From Octopus sinensis (Eukaryota): a DNA stretch of 64,000 nucleotides. This document shows positions 1 to 13,209 of this stretch, piece after piece. The notes beneath the pieces were generated by a model, which saw only the letters and a list, made by a program, of their open reading frames with translations, did no database searches and had not been told where the DNA came from. The position numbers and the translations under genes are program-made. Position 1 is the stretch's first letter, and every line of letters begins with the position of its first letter. Location: assembly GCF_006345805.1 (NCBI RefSeq), contig NC_043016.1:4402001-4466000 (forward strand), in the 5' to 3' direction.

Positions 1-896
1 AAGATATATGGCCGATGCCAGTGTTGCATGTCCAGCCCATTTAAGAGTACTCTTGATGTGTTGAGTGATATGATATGCTGGTGGAAGGTACTGAAGAGAG
101 AGGATAATAGGGTCAGATTTAAGGACTTTGGGGCCTCTAGAAAAGATAAAGGAAAATGAATATGAATGAAATTGTCCTTAATATCAGCCTTTTCTTGGCT
201 AGAAAGAAAAATAAAGAAGATATTTCTGTATTATTATAATAGTAATTACAGCTTTAGTGTCAATGTGGGTATATAGATGTCTGTTATTCCTTCAATGATT
301 CTTATACTCTTTGTCAATACATATTATATACCTGCTTAAAATAAGCTGATCAGGAATTCTCAACATGTCAAGTCTCCCTCAGCTTAGCATCTATTTCAAT
401 ATTTTATCCACGGATCAAATTCTGAGAGATTCATTATGACACAGAGCTGAGCAAATATATTGCATATGAAATCTGTGACATTTTGTTCGCCCCAAAAAGT
501 GACCAGCAATGTAAAGTCAGGATATAATCAATGTTGTTGTTGTTGCTGTTGCTGCTGTTGCTGCTGCTGCTGCTGACGACGACGATGGTAACGAGTAATC
601 ATCTCGACCAATAAACACTGCATGTACGTATGTTTCTAACACTTCAAAAACATTAAACTTGATCATCAATTTTGGTTGAATGAATTAAAGTAAATAGAAA
701 TAATTACAGTTTGAGATGTTGATTTTCTTTTTTGAGCAGGGTAGAGTCTGTGTGTGTGTGTGTGTGTGCACCAAAGTACTTTCTAAAAGGTTTTAACACT
801 ATTAGAACTAAGCATCATTACTGTATTTGTCATACAAAAATGTTAACATCTTAGCACTCATCTCCATCTCCCTCTCTCTCTCCCCCTCCTCTCTCT

Positions 897-1139
897 TACT
901 CTCCTATATATATATATATATTATATATATATATATATTTTTGTGTGTGTGTGTATATATATATAATGTATATATAGACATATATGTATGTATATATATA
1001 GACATATGTATATATATATGTATGTATGTATATATATATACACATATATATTGCATATATGTGTATGTCCATGTGTACACATAACTTATATGCACACCTC
1101 AAATATGTTTACTTACACATACACAAACACACATACACC

Positions 1140-1170
<31 letters not shown>

Positions 1171-1180
1171 GTGTGTGTCT
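897..1180. repeat. Compound (TA)n/(CA)n microsatellite
   Basis: Directly visible dinucleotide runs; source of the YI/CV-rich ORFs in the track. Confidence 0.95.
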
Positions 1181-4100
1181 ATTTGCAGTTTTTCTCAATT
1201 TTAGACCCAGTTCCATGAATACGTCTTAAGAGTAATCTCCTGGCTCTATTTATAGTGTTTATTTAGGATTTATGGCATCAAGCAAGTTGTAATCCTCATA
1301 TTCTGCACAAAAGTTCCTAGAGCATTTCCATTAGTTTCAACATTTTGATTTATTATAAATGGACATCCATTTCTGCCAACCTAGTCAAAGAATCTTCTGA
1401 TATAAAGTTCTTCTAAAACACTATAGCCAGCTATATTGACCATAAGCATAGCATCCCGAAAGGTTTTAACTCACTCAGAAAAATAATCTTACTAGATTAA
1501 GCCAAATTGTCTGTTATGGAAATTTAAGAGCCAAATGGAAGCAACAATATATATTTAATTTTGGATGTATAAGTGAATACATGGAAATGGAATCTCAAGC
1601 ATATTTTCCAATATTGAACAAGAGATGCAAGACAATGCTGCCACAACTGTGGAGGACAACTACCTGCCATGTTGTCTTAGTTATTGCTATTTGAGAGACT
1701 TCGTTAATTTTAATCTTCCATCTTTACATATATATTATATAGACTGGTTGTGTAATATGACATATTTCAGAACACACTGATTATGTAATGTGAATTAGCA
1801 TTATAAAACTGGATTGTATAACGAGGAAGACCATTATAAAATTGATTTTGTATAATTTAATGTACGTAGACTGCTGGTATAATTTATTGAAATTATTAAG
1901 TATGGGACTAACAGTTTAATGTGAGATCAGTTTGTATAAAGTAAAAACTGGTTTGTATAATGTGAGATATTTCATAAATGTGTAAGATGTTAATTAATAT
2001 AGAAATAATTGTCCAATGTATGACATTCGTTTATATTTGAGAAAGAAATCTCTGCATTAAACTGGTCTATGAATTCTAAGATATCCATTCACATATAGCT
2101 GTTATTTACTCCAAGACTGACTTGGAGTATAGCCAACTATGCATGATGACCAGAGATGGAGCTCTTTCAGTCATGGACTAAAAGAGCTTCATCTGTGGTC
2201 ATCATGTCTTTTTCTTTCTTTTTTCTTCTTTTTTCTTTTTGTACATCTAAGACTACATTATTTAAGATATTGTTCCTATTTTAAGATGGTAGACAGTAAT
2301 TTAAGACAATCTGGCAGCAATTTCCTGCAGCTTGAATGATCATGTAGATACCTCTTCATTAGCTTGTATTATCATTACCATAATCCTCATTTAATGTCTG
2401 CTTTCATGTGTGGGTATCGGTTGGACATTTTGATGCATTGCTTTATGGCCGCTTGCCCTTCCTAATACCAACTGTTTTATAATCACTTTTTAAACATATT
2501 GAGATCTGGTATACCATTACTAAAATCTTGTATATATACTGTATATTCTTATACAGTAATTGTGTTTAATGAGATGTCATTATAAGGGGATTATTTGTGG
2601 AAAAGAGATATCAATGTATTGATTATATTAATGTACGTATAATAAGTATACATTCATGAATATTGTGGTAAATGGATATCATTATTGAATGGTTAGATAA
2701 TATAAGAGGAGATTTGGTATTAGTATGGTTAATAAAATATTGGTGTTAACCCCATTTGCATGTCTCCACAGCCCAACCCCTAATCCATAGACAAGCTGTT
2801 TCATCTTGCTTTCTTTTCCCATTCTATTACAGTATGGCATCTGCTCCTCAGAGATGCTAAATTTTATGCCCTCCACCCCCACCCACCCAAGTACAGATAC
2901 TCCCAAACCATTTGTCTTCTATTCATCTCATTACCCATATTGCTGCACTTATCCCCTGGCCCAACAGTTTGCTTCCCCAGTATGCTGGCTCCCTAGAATT
3001 TTCTCCCTCATTGCATGTTTTTGCTGTAACTATTCAAGAAAGATGATAATAGCATCAATCTCTCTAATCTCAGATGGCCTGCAAAAGCCATGGGGATTAC
3101 ATCAAAAAAACTTCTTTTTTTTTTTTGAGGGACCACTATTATATACTTGACTCAAAGCTTAGGTCATGTAATTTCAAATTAATTAGGCTCATCTAGATTC
3201 ACCTAAGAAAATGATGAATATCTGACTGCTTAAACAAATAGATTGTAAACGCATAGTCAGTTAATAACGAACATGAAGACTGATGCTTTGATCATTGGTA
3301 ATATATACCTGTTATATAACCCCGTAAAACTTTGCCAAACAGGCTATTTCATTTTCAGTTATGCAACTAGCTCTCAGTACAACATAACTCTTTATTTTAT
3401 ACAAGTTTTTTTAAAAACAGATTCTCTGAGTGAATGCATAATTTAGCAATTTCTTCTCACAAATCTTGTCACTGAAGTTTTCAAATTTATTTTCATGATG
3501 AGTTTTGTTGCACATTGTACTATTTTGCAACAGAAATTTGTTAACTGCAAATCAAACAGGTCAGTTTGCTGTCCACTTAATGGCTGGAATTCATTCATTT
3601 CAGTTTGAGAATCACTTTATCTTCCTTAAAATCGCTAATATCCATATCAGACAGTTAATATTCAATTTATTATTATGTAAAAGATTCCTTTCCAAGCTTG
3701 CACTATTTCAGTTCCCAAACCTTTCAACATCATTAAATTTCATTTGAATGAGAATTATGTGTGATTTTAAAATGAAAATAACCAGAAAGTGAAGTGAATA
3801 CAGGACACATCTTTTACAAGTAAATAAGCTTCTTTTTCATTGGTTGAATTAAGGATAAATTCATTGAGATGTTCTGATTCAACTAATCAAAAGTGATGTT
3901 AATCACAACTGTTGTCAGTCTCCAAATTTGAGTGAATACTAGCAATATAGATGTTGTGTAGGATATTTCAAAATTTAGAAAATAACAATGTTTTTATTTT
4001 CTTATAAAATTGAGCTCATGCCAGACTAAACAAAGCTGCTTCAGGCCACACATTTGGGACAATCAATATATATACTGTGTTAGAATATAACAAGGTTCAT

Positions 4101-6545
4101 TAGAGTCATTCACTAACATAAATTATTAATGATTTTATTCACATATGCATATGAATCGATGTGTGCATGCATGTATATATGTATGTATGAGTGTGTGTGT
4201 GTCTGTATACATATGTACATGTGACTGTGTTACTCTTGAAGGACAATTATAAAATGAGAGAAATTTGTAAGTTTAAATGAATTCAAGTACATGAGCATTT
4301 GGCGTTAATCCAGCTTATCATCAGCAACAATGTACTTGACTAATCTCGCTACTAAAAACATTATATTGAATTTTAATATTTCTAAAATACACTTGTGGCT
4401 AATTTCCATTTAAAAAAAAAATGGTCCACTTCTTTTTATTTTTCCTCATTTGTTGCTTTCTCTTTGATTTTCTTACAAATATGTGAAGCACTTTTAGTGC
4501 TTGCTCTTGTGCGTGAGAGGAATAGTCTGTGGTGAGTAAATATTTTTACACTTTATAATCAAAACAATTGCACGCTTATAAAAGGGTTGATTTTGACAGG
4601 AATATTAGTTTATTGTTCAAAAATTATTATAACAACAATGACAACAAATAAGAATATGTTCATAATCAAAATTCAATAATTAATACTGTGGCATGGTTAT
4701 ATTATAGATTTTTAATCCTTTTATTCACACTATTAACAAAACCTTTTTAGTAGTATGAATTCTAATTTGTGCCATTTATCATGAACTGCAGTGTTGAAAG
4801 AGTCTTTGATTTTACAAGTTCCTTCAATTGAGCATTTTTAAAATGTTGTTTCTGAGCAGTTCCAATCAAGCAGTCCTATAACATCCAGGTGCGATCCACT
4901 GATCTGTTTCCTTTTAAGTGAGGGATACTCATACTGCACATTCTGAACGTTCTGCCATGCAGTAAGGAATTGTATCAGGTGTATTATGACAGTTTGAACA
5001 TGATGCCCTCTCTCTGTTTTTGTACACCCTCAAATTATAAGCAAGGGGAAAACTGCAATCATCATTCACCTGTGATTATCTTTGATCAAAGCTCTACTCA
5101 ATCGGAACTAACTGAGTCAAGTTTAGATGTTCCAAAATCTTTTTTGGTGTTGGAATTCAGGAATTATATTTTTAACCACACTTTCCCTCAACTCTGATCA
5201 TGGATTTTCTTGATACCAGATCCTGACTGGTCTGGTATAGAATTTAATGATGGTGCTGCTTCCATTCAAATGTTTTATCAAGCTTGATAATTCTGGGGTA
5301 GTGCCAATTCCTCATTAAGACATGGATGATGCTAGCTCTCAAAGCTTTTATCTGCTTTAGAAAGGTTATGTTTTTAATCCTGCTAGGTGTCCATGCTCTC
5401 TTCTCACTGTGAAAGTCCAGTAACTAGATGGTTCAATCTCTGAGCACTAAACCATGCACAGGTAGTACTCGATGATTTGGTTACCTGTACCATTGGCCTG
5501 TGATGCAATTAGTCCTAACTTGACAATAATACACAGATAATGTGCCTTTCTATAAATAAAAAAATTAATATCAATAATTTGTATCAATGTTCAGTTGCTT
5601 TGAAATATTTCTTTAAATCTGGTCTTTTAAATTAATTCCTATTGTGATAATAGAATTGTAGACAGGTGAGTTGATTTATAGTGCAATTGTTGGATGGATT
5701 GATGAGATATTACTAAGGTCCCATTGTGGTCCCTATTCTGTCACACAATACTGAAAAGCCTTGCTCATGCTGCAGTAATATAGGTATCTTAGTCATTGCA
5801 CCCACAGTTCTTAAGGATATGGCTTTCTATGTTCAATTGTAGTCATCTTCATCTGTCACAGAGGAAGGAGTTGCAGCTATGGTGTCAACAACGATAACAA
5901 TGACAAGAGTAGATATTCTGGATTTTAGACAATATATTGATAATAGAAGCTGTTTAGAGATAGCATCCACATGAAAGACAAGATGGAGAGAGAGAGAGAG
6001 GAAATGTTAAACGTTTTTGATGTTCAGCTTGAACATCTTCAGATATGTGTATGAAAGAAGAATATGGACAGGGCAGTTACAGCAGATGATGAACATAATT
6101 TGGAGAGGAAAGCATGGGGCAAAGTGTATAATGTAAGATCAAGGAAATGAGATAATGTAGGAGTTACAAGAAGAGTTGAGGTCATTGTAGTAATGACAAC
6201 AGAGAGAGATATCAGAATGCCATGTTTGCAAGATATCAAGGTACCATTGTTTTTTGAAGTTTGATGGTGAGTGAGGCTATTGTAAATTAGCTGCATGGCC
6301 TTCTTTGAATATAATTTATTATGTGTAACAGTAGCTCTAGTAGTCCAAAGTCGTGAACAGTTTTTCAGTTTGAACTTTGCAGAAGTTTAATAACTGATTG
6401 TGGCAGAAGTCCATGTAATGAAGATTTGACAATGTTATACATGTAAGGTTGCAATGGAAGATCACAGATTTTGAAATCATGTAAATAATGCAGATTTTTT
6501 ATACTTCTTTTATTTTTCAAAATTAAGATTAACAAAGTTTTTTTT

Positions 6546-7344
6546 TTAATCTAAAACATACTCCCCTTCATTTTCTACAATGCTCATCCATCTATCTGGT
6601 AGACTTGCAAGACCCCTCTTCCAAAATTCACTTGTCAGTGACAAAAAATACTCCTCCAATACTGTTCTGACCTCGTCTACAGAATTCATATTTTTTCCAT
6701 CCAAATGATTATCAGATGGGCCAATGTCCAGTGAATATAGTGGATAGGGCATCGTTTCCCATTGAAACTGCTCCAGCCTTTGGAATGTCATCCTTGCTGT
6801 ATGTGGCCAAGCATTATCCTGACGGAAGAACACCTTTTGGCTTGAAACCTAAGATGGTCAGTTTTCTTCTAGTGCCACTCAAGCTGTTTGCAGTAGATCT
6901 CCTTTGTTATCGTTTGGTTTGGGTGGATGAAATGGTATCCAACCAAACAGATAGCAACACCTTACTCTGTGTGCGATCAGACTTGGAAAGTTTGTGAGGA
7001 TCCCATTGACCCAATTTACTGACTTTTTTTATGGCATGCAGGTATCGTGAATGGTTGAATGACCAAATCCAAGCTTCTCTGCTAGTTCCTCAACAGTTAC
7101 GTTGGGGTTTTGTTCCATCAGGGTTTGCAGGATGTCCTTGTTGAGCTCTACAGATCTTCTAGGACAACGCTCGTCTTCTAGGCTGTAGTTTCTGGCTCAG
7201 AATTTCTGGAACTGCCATTGACACTGGCTTACACTTATTGTCCAATCCTCTTATACTGCATTAATATTCCTGTGTGTGCTCTGTTGCATTGTTGCCTTTA
7301 TTGAACTCATAAAGCAAAATATGCTGAATATGCTCCTTTGTCAT
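6546..7344 (-). mobile_element. Mariner-family transposase remnant, internally deleted
   Basis: Minus strand gives N-terminal MTKEHIQHILLYEFNKGNNATE, a WDPHKL (WVPHEL-like) motif near 7000, and C-terminal QDNAWPH...YPLYSLDIGPSD...FWKRGLASLPDRW..ENEGEY. Frameshifts and stops are present. Confidence 0.9.
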
Positions 7345-8309
7345 AGCTTTGAAAACATAACTGTTAGAATTGAACTGCACTCTTCAAAACTTGTACTAAG
7401 AATAAGTACAATGTAAAATTACTTCCAGCTTTTATAACAAGTTGATACAGGTAGTTTATCCTCCCCACCACCACTCCGACTTTTAGTTAATGCAATTGAA
7501 AAAACCACATTATCCATGGGATGGCCCGATAGATTAAAATTGTGGAACTGCTAAGAATTTGTATTCTGCCTAGAAATGTGAATTTCCAAGAGTCCATGTT
7601 TCTAATTTATTTTCTTCTAATTCTAATGCTCCAATTAAAATAGAAACAGTCTTTACATTATTTATGCTTATGTAACCTAGTTTTCCAACTACTCTATAAA
7701 CCACACTAAATTGTTATATTTTGATAGTGTTAAATACTTTCCAATATCCCAACATTGTTAGTTTTTTAGACTCTTTCCTAAGAAATGTTTTGTTCAAAAT
7801 ATTTCTAAGCTGTTGAAATATTGATAAAAAAAAACATATTTTTGTCAGAAAACTTTCAGTTATGATGTTTGGGTTGTTTTACATGATTTTGACATCAGTT
7901 TTCTACAAAATCATCCGTAAATATTGGTCATTTGCAGTTAGAGAATATGGTAATTATTTATACCATCTGCTTTCTGTTTTTACTGGGTAAAAGTTTGCAA
8001 TTTTCTCAGTCAATTCAACTATTTACTTCATCATGCTTGCATGACCTGATCAGTAAAAACTAGCTTGAGACGATGAGTTTGATTGTTTTCACTTCTCATT
8101 ACAACTGTCTTCTGATAGAATCAGTGAAGTGCTTTCAGTTTTATTTTTATGTTTTTGCTATACAAATAACTGCTTCCAGTAACAGTTCATCCATAAAAGT
8201 AGTTGAAATAATTCCTATACATTTCTGACAAATTTGTATTTTTGTTTGAACTTAAAATAATGATGATGATGATGGTGATGGTGATGATGATGATGATGAT
8301 GATGATGAT

Positions 8310-8881
8310 ATGCTCTGATGCAGTACCAGGCAATGGTTATATCCTAATTCAGTACCAGACAGTGGCTCTCGTGGCTTCTGATCTTAACCGATTGGAAGTG
8401 TTATCATGTACATTGTTTTGTCTTGGTATAAAAGATGGGCTACAGCAAATATTCTGCTCAATACCACAGATTTGCTTGTCAGTTGTTTGACCTTAACCAG
8501 TTGAGCATGTCCCTTAGTGGCTGATGATATGTGCATCTCTGATCACGAGCAGAAGTAGTGGGGGAGCATCATAGCCATGTATTGAGAGGGATTCTTTGGG
8601 GTTTGAATAATTCACCTCTCGACACATGGGTATTTCGTTCAACATCCTTAAACAACCCTTATTCATTGACCTTTTGAGCGGGATGGGTTACTCGACCAAC
8701 AGAAAATTCTAACTGGGTCCCACCTGCAAGGTCATGTGCTGTTTATCTTGATATGAGATCACCATGTCATGCACACATGGTTGTGATGCATGTGTCTAGG
8801 GTACCCTTATCAGATGTAGTCATGATGGACTCATATTTGTACCCCTGTGTCACTTTGATGGTATGTGTTGTTCTCTCACTC
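8310..8881 (+). mobile_element. ~550-bp non-coding interspersed repeat, copy 1 (unclassified)
   Basis: Reverse complement aligns along its length with 53648-54208 and partly with 52981-53395. Flanked by (ATG)n and (AAT)n. Strand is assigned from the (AAT)n tail. Confidence 0.85.
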
Positions 8882-8949
8882 AATAATAATAATAATAATA
8901 ACGATTTCAAATTTTGACACAGGGCCTGAAATTTTGGTGGGAGAGGATT

Positions 8950-9100
8950 AATCAATTACATCAACCCCAGTATTCAACTGGTACTTATTTTATTGACCCC
9001 TGCCAAACATGACAGGTAAAGTTAACCACTGCAGTATTTGATCTCAGAACTTGTAGACAGATGAAATTCCAGTTCTAATGATTCTGTCAGTTCATAGCTT
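8950..9100 (-). mobile_element. Degraded fragment of tRNA-derived SINE family A
   Basis: Reverse complement resembles the body of the copy at 20770-21005. Confidence 0.55.
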
Positions 9101-9139
9101 CAATAACAATAATAGTGTGAAATAATAATAGCAAGAATA

Positions 9140-11000
9140 ATCTGTAGTTATGTGTATAGCTTCCTGGAAATGATTAACAAACTGCCAGTGGAACAGAAGG
9201 GATGCAGAAGGAAAAGCCAAGGGAAAAAAGACCAACTTCTGATAGACAGAATGGTACCGAACGATTGCAATAAAAGACTTACTAATCTGGGAATGGTATG
9301 GATTGATTATAAGAAAGCATATGACATGGTCCCCTATTCCTGGATTTTAGAAAGTCTTGAGCTGGAACAGGTGTCTGATAACATATCAAATTTTATTAGG
9401 AGATCAATGAAAAACTGGAATACAGGGTTAATTTCATGTGGAAAATTTTTGGCAAGGGTTAACATCAAGAGAGGTATATCTCAAGGAGAGAGCCTACCAC
9501 CATTGCTGTCTGTGATTTGTATGATACCCCTCACACAGATACTACTGAGTGTAACATTGGGATACACCTTGGAAAGTGAGGGAAAATTAAATCATCTGTT
9601 AAGTATGGATGAATTAAAGGTATTTGGGAAGACTGAACATGAAATAAATGGCCTAGTTTCAACAGTGCAGATATTCAACAAGGATATCATGATGTAATTT
9701 AAGACAAAAAGTGTGAGATACCTATAAAAGCAAAACACAAAGTGTTGTCTGATAGTGTAGAACTTCCCAACAGTGAGAAAATCAAGGATTTGACACTGAA
9801 GGATATAATAAATATCTGGGTATTTTGGGATATAACAAAATGAAGAAAAGTTTTATGTGAGAATATCTCAGAAGAACCAAATTAATTATGGGAAGTAGGC
9901 TCAATGGAAAAAGTAAGATCAGGGCAATGAAAACATGGGCTGCTTCCTTAGTGCGATAAGGCACAGGTGTTGTTAGGTGGACAATGAAGGAGCTTGAGGA
10001 AATGAACAGGAAAACCTGAAAAGTGATAATAATTAATAAGGAACTACAGCCAAAAAGCAATATTGACAGGCTGTATGTGTCTAGGAACATGGGTGGAACA
10101 GGCCACAGAACATGCGAGATCTGCATTGTTAATGAGAAGAACAGTCTGAGATGGTACATCAAACAGCAGAGTGAATCCTTGCTTGTTGCTGTTAGAATTA
10201 ACATTATAATACTTTTTGAAAATGTGATGCACCCACAAACATTTATGAAGAAAGATGAAGAAAGAGTAGACAATTGAAATCAAAAATGAAATCACTGCAT
10301 GGACAATACCTCAGAGAAATCGAAGGAAAAGATAAGAACAGCACTGGGAGGAGGTGACCAAGAAAAATTGGCCTGAAAGGATGCACTGAGGCATTGATAT
10401 GCAGGGCCCAGGAACAAGCTCTGAGAATGAATGACACCAAGTTGCAAATAGATAAGAGCAGTGAATGACCCCTTTGTAGGGTGTGTGGTAGTAGAAATGA
10501 AACAAACACACATATTGTGAGTGAGTGTAACAAGCTGGCCCAAAAGCACTACAAAAAGAGGCATGATAACGTGGCTAAGCTTATTCACTGGGGACTAAGT
10601 GAAAAGTACAACCTGGACAGAGAACAGAAATGGTATGAACTTGAACAAGAAAGAATATAAGACACTGTGGGATTTTACAATCCAATGTGACTCCCTAATT
10701 GATCCTTGGAGACCAGATATTGTTGTGGTAGATTAAAGGAAAAAGGGAAACAAGATTATAGATATTACAATACCTGGGGATGCATACATAAGTGACAAAG
10801 AACTAGAAAAAATTGAAAAGCTCAGACTACTAAAAGATGAAATTGCAAGAATGTGGACTATGAGTAAAATGTCTGCCATCCCAGTAGTTGTAAGGGCACT
10901 CAGAGTGCTAACAAACAAATTCAAGAAATCAGAATTGATATGAAAGCAGAACAAGCCCCCAAAATTACTCCGTTGGGAACAGCTAGGATTTTGAGATTGA
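9140..11000 (+). mobile_element. R4/Dong-type non-LTR retrotransposon (RT plus REL endonuclease), 5'-truncated and degenerate
   Basis: EQKGCRR...DQLLID...WIDYKKAYDMVP...RGISQGESL (RT); HIVSECNKLAQKHYKKRHDNVAKLIHW; LWDFTIQCD...RPDIVVVD (PD..D nuclease). Confidence 0.9.
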
Positions 11001-11479
11001 TACTTGTGCGTTGAATCGCTTCCATGATAATTAACAACCAATTATCATAGATTATAATTTGCAGAAAAAGACTCTTTGTAATCTCTGACAACAGACTGCT
11101 GTCTGCTCATACAGAATCAACCAGAGCAAACAAGAATTAGAACTCTGAGTATTAAAACAATAATAAAATAATTACTCTTAGTAAAGACACAAGTGATCTC
11201 TCTAATAAAATATTCTACTGCCTTCCTGAGCTTTGAAACATAAATTATAAGACCCAAAAAATAATGATGGGTGAGAAATTTGTCAACATCTTTGTCAGTG
11301 TATGTAAGAGCTTATCATGCCAACATTGCTCTGCTTATTCCAATCCCTTCTCTTTTGCCTTTGTTTTGATTATTTTTATAGGTCAGTTTGGTGAAATTTC
11401 TTTTGAAATCACTTAAAACTTTTTTAGTCTCTTTTATGACGAAGTACTTAGATTTTTTTTTCATGGTTTTTAACCGAGA

Positions 11480-12060
11480 TCACCATCCAGTTAATTGTAA
11501 TATCATTCCAAGAGAAGCATAGACATCCAATTGTCACCTTTAAGATGGTACATATTGCATCATGTGAGGAGTTTTCTGATTTTCACATCCATCCTTTTGA
11601 TGTCTTGCAGTGTGCAATTAATTATGGTGAAGCTGATGCCACTGGACTATTTATTACCATAAATCAGTTTTATGAATTAAGCTAACTTTTAGGATAATTC
11701 TTATTCTTCTGTGATATTTATTTTTAATCTTTTCTTTCAATTAAGACTGTGGTATTCTCCTACCTTCATTGGCAACAAAGCACTTAATACGTTTTCTTTT
11801 GTTTAAGTTTCTTAATTGTAGTTGATATGACAAGATCAATGAAAGATGTGAGGGTAACTCTACCATTCTCAAGTTTTGTCTTTACCCAATTTTCTATGAC
11901 AATGTCCATACATGTCACCACTAAAGCTTTTTACTGTTTTGAGAAGCCTCACTAGCTCACTATCATTTTTAGCATATAGAAAAGGTGACTTACTGTCTTG
12001 CATCCTAGTTTGGCATTATTGAACTCAATATATAAAGGCCTGAAGTAGAAATGGAAGAAA
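11480..12060 (-). mobile_element. R4/Dong-type RT fragment
   Basis: Minus strand reads QDIKRMDVKIRKLLT.CNMYHLKGD, matching the RT thumb region of the other Dong copies. Confidence 0.6.
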
Positions 12061-12150
12061 ATGGAGAGAGAAAAATGTTCTTGAAATATTCCAAGGTTAA
12101 GATTTTATGCCTTTTGATTTGCTTATCCATTTACTGTGATTGAGTAGGAA

Positions 12151-12179
12151 CTACTACTACCACCACCACCACCACCACC

Positions 12180-12229
<50 letters not shown>

Positions 12230-12244
12230 TACCAGTGCTGCTGC

Positions 12245-12283
<39 letters not shown>

Positions 12284-12330
12284 CAGTGCCGCTGCTGCTG
12301 CTACTACGACCCCTACCAGTGCTGCTGCTG

Positions 12331-12376
<46 letters not shown>

Positions 12377-12393
12377 CAGTGCCGCTGCTGCTG

Positions 12394-12433
<40 letters not shown>

Positions 12434-12464
12434 CACCACCACACTACCAGTGCTGCTGCTGCTG

Positions 12465-12507
<43 letters not shown>

Positions 12508-12593
12508 CAGTGCCGCTGCTGCTGCTACTACGACCCCTACCAGTGCTGCTGCTGCTACTACTACTACTACTACTACCACCCCTACCAGTGCTG

Positions 12594-12633
<40 letters not shown>

Positions 12634-12740
12634 CACCACCACCACCACCACTACTACTACTACCACCACTACTAGTGCTGCTGCTGCTGCTACTACTACT
12701 ACTACTACCACCACCACCACTACCAGTGCTGCTGCTGCTG

Positions 12741-12777
<37 letters not shown>

Positions 12778-12863
12778 CAGTGCCGCTGCTGCTGCTACTA
12801 CGACCCCTACCAGTGCTGCTGCTGCTACTACTACTACTACTACTACCACCCCTACCAGTGCTG

Positions 12864-12897
<34 letters not shown>

Positions 12898-12910
12898 CAC
12901 CACCACCACC

Positions 12911-12941
<31 letters not shown>

Positions 12942-12976
12942 GTGCTGCTGCTGCTGCTACTACTACTACTACTACT
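12151..12976. repeat. Compound trinucleotide array (CTA/CCA/GCT) with higher-order units
   Basis: Blocks such as CCAGTGC(TGC)n(TAC)n recur, with a roughly 270-bp superunit repeated. Confidence 0.9.
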
Positions 12977-13140
12977 AGAGGTGATGAGCTAGCAGAATCA
13001 TTGGTACATCAGAAAAACTAGTTGCAGTATTCCTTGCAGCTCTTTTAGTCTTGAGTTCAAATCCTACGAAGGTCAACTTTGCCTTTTATCCTTTTGGGGC
13101 AAATAAATCAAAGTACCATCAGATACTGTTGCCAGTGGCA
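12977..13140 (+). mobile_element. tRNA-derived SINE family A, partial
   Basis: GGTGATGAGCTAGCAGAATC...GAGTTCAAATCC...GTCAACTTTGCCTTTTATCC matches the copies at 20770 and 29028. Confidence 0.75.
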
Positions 13141-13209
13141 TCAAGTAATGCCCCTCCCTCCAAAACTGCTAAGCTTACGTCAAACTTTGAAGCATTATTA
13201 TTTTTTTTA

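Noticed and set aside
3480-3720. Possible hAT transposase remnant on the minus strand
   Set aside because: Only a loose resemblance (EMNEFQPLSGQQTDLFDL); too degraded to support without an alignment.
8515-8560. CTGATGA in the 550-bp repeat
   Set aside because: No GAAA after a stem II; the other copies read CTGACGA, also without a completed fold.
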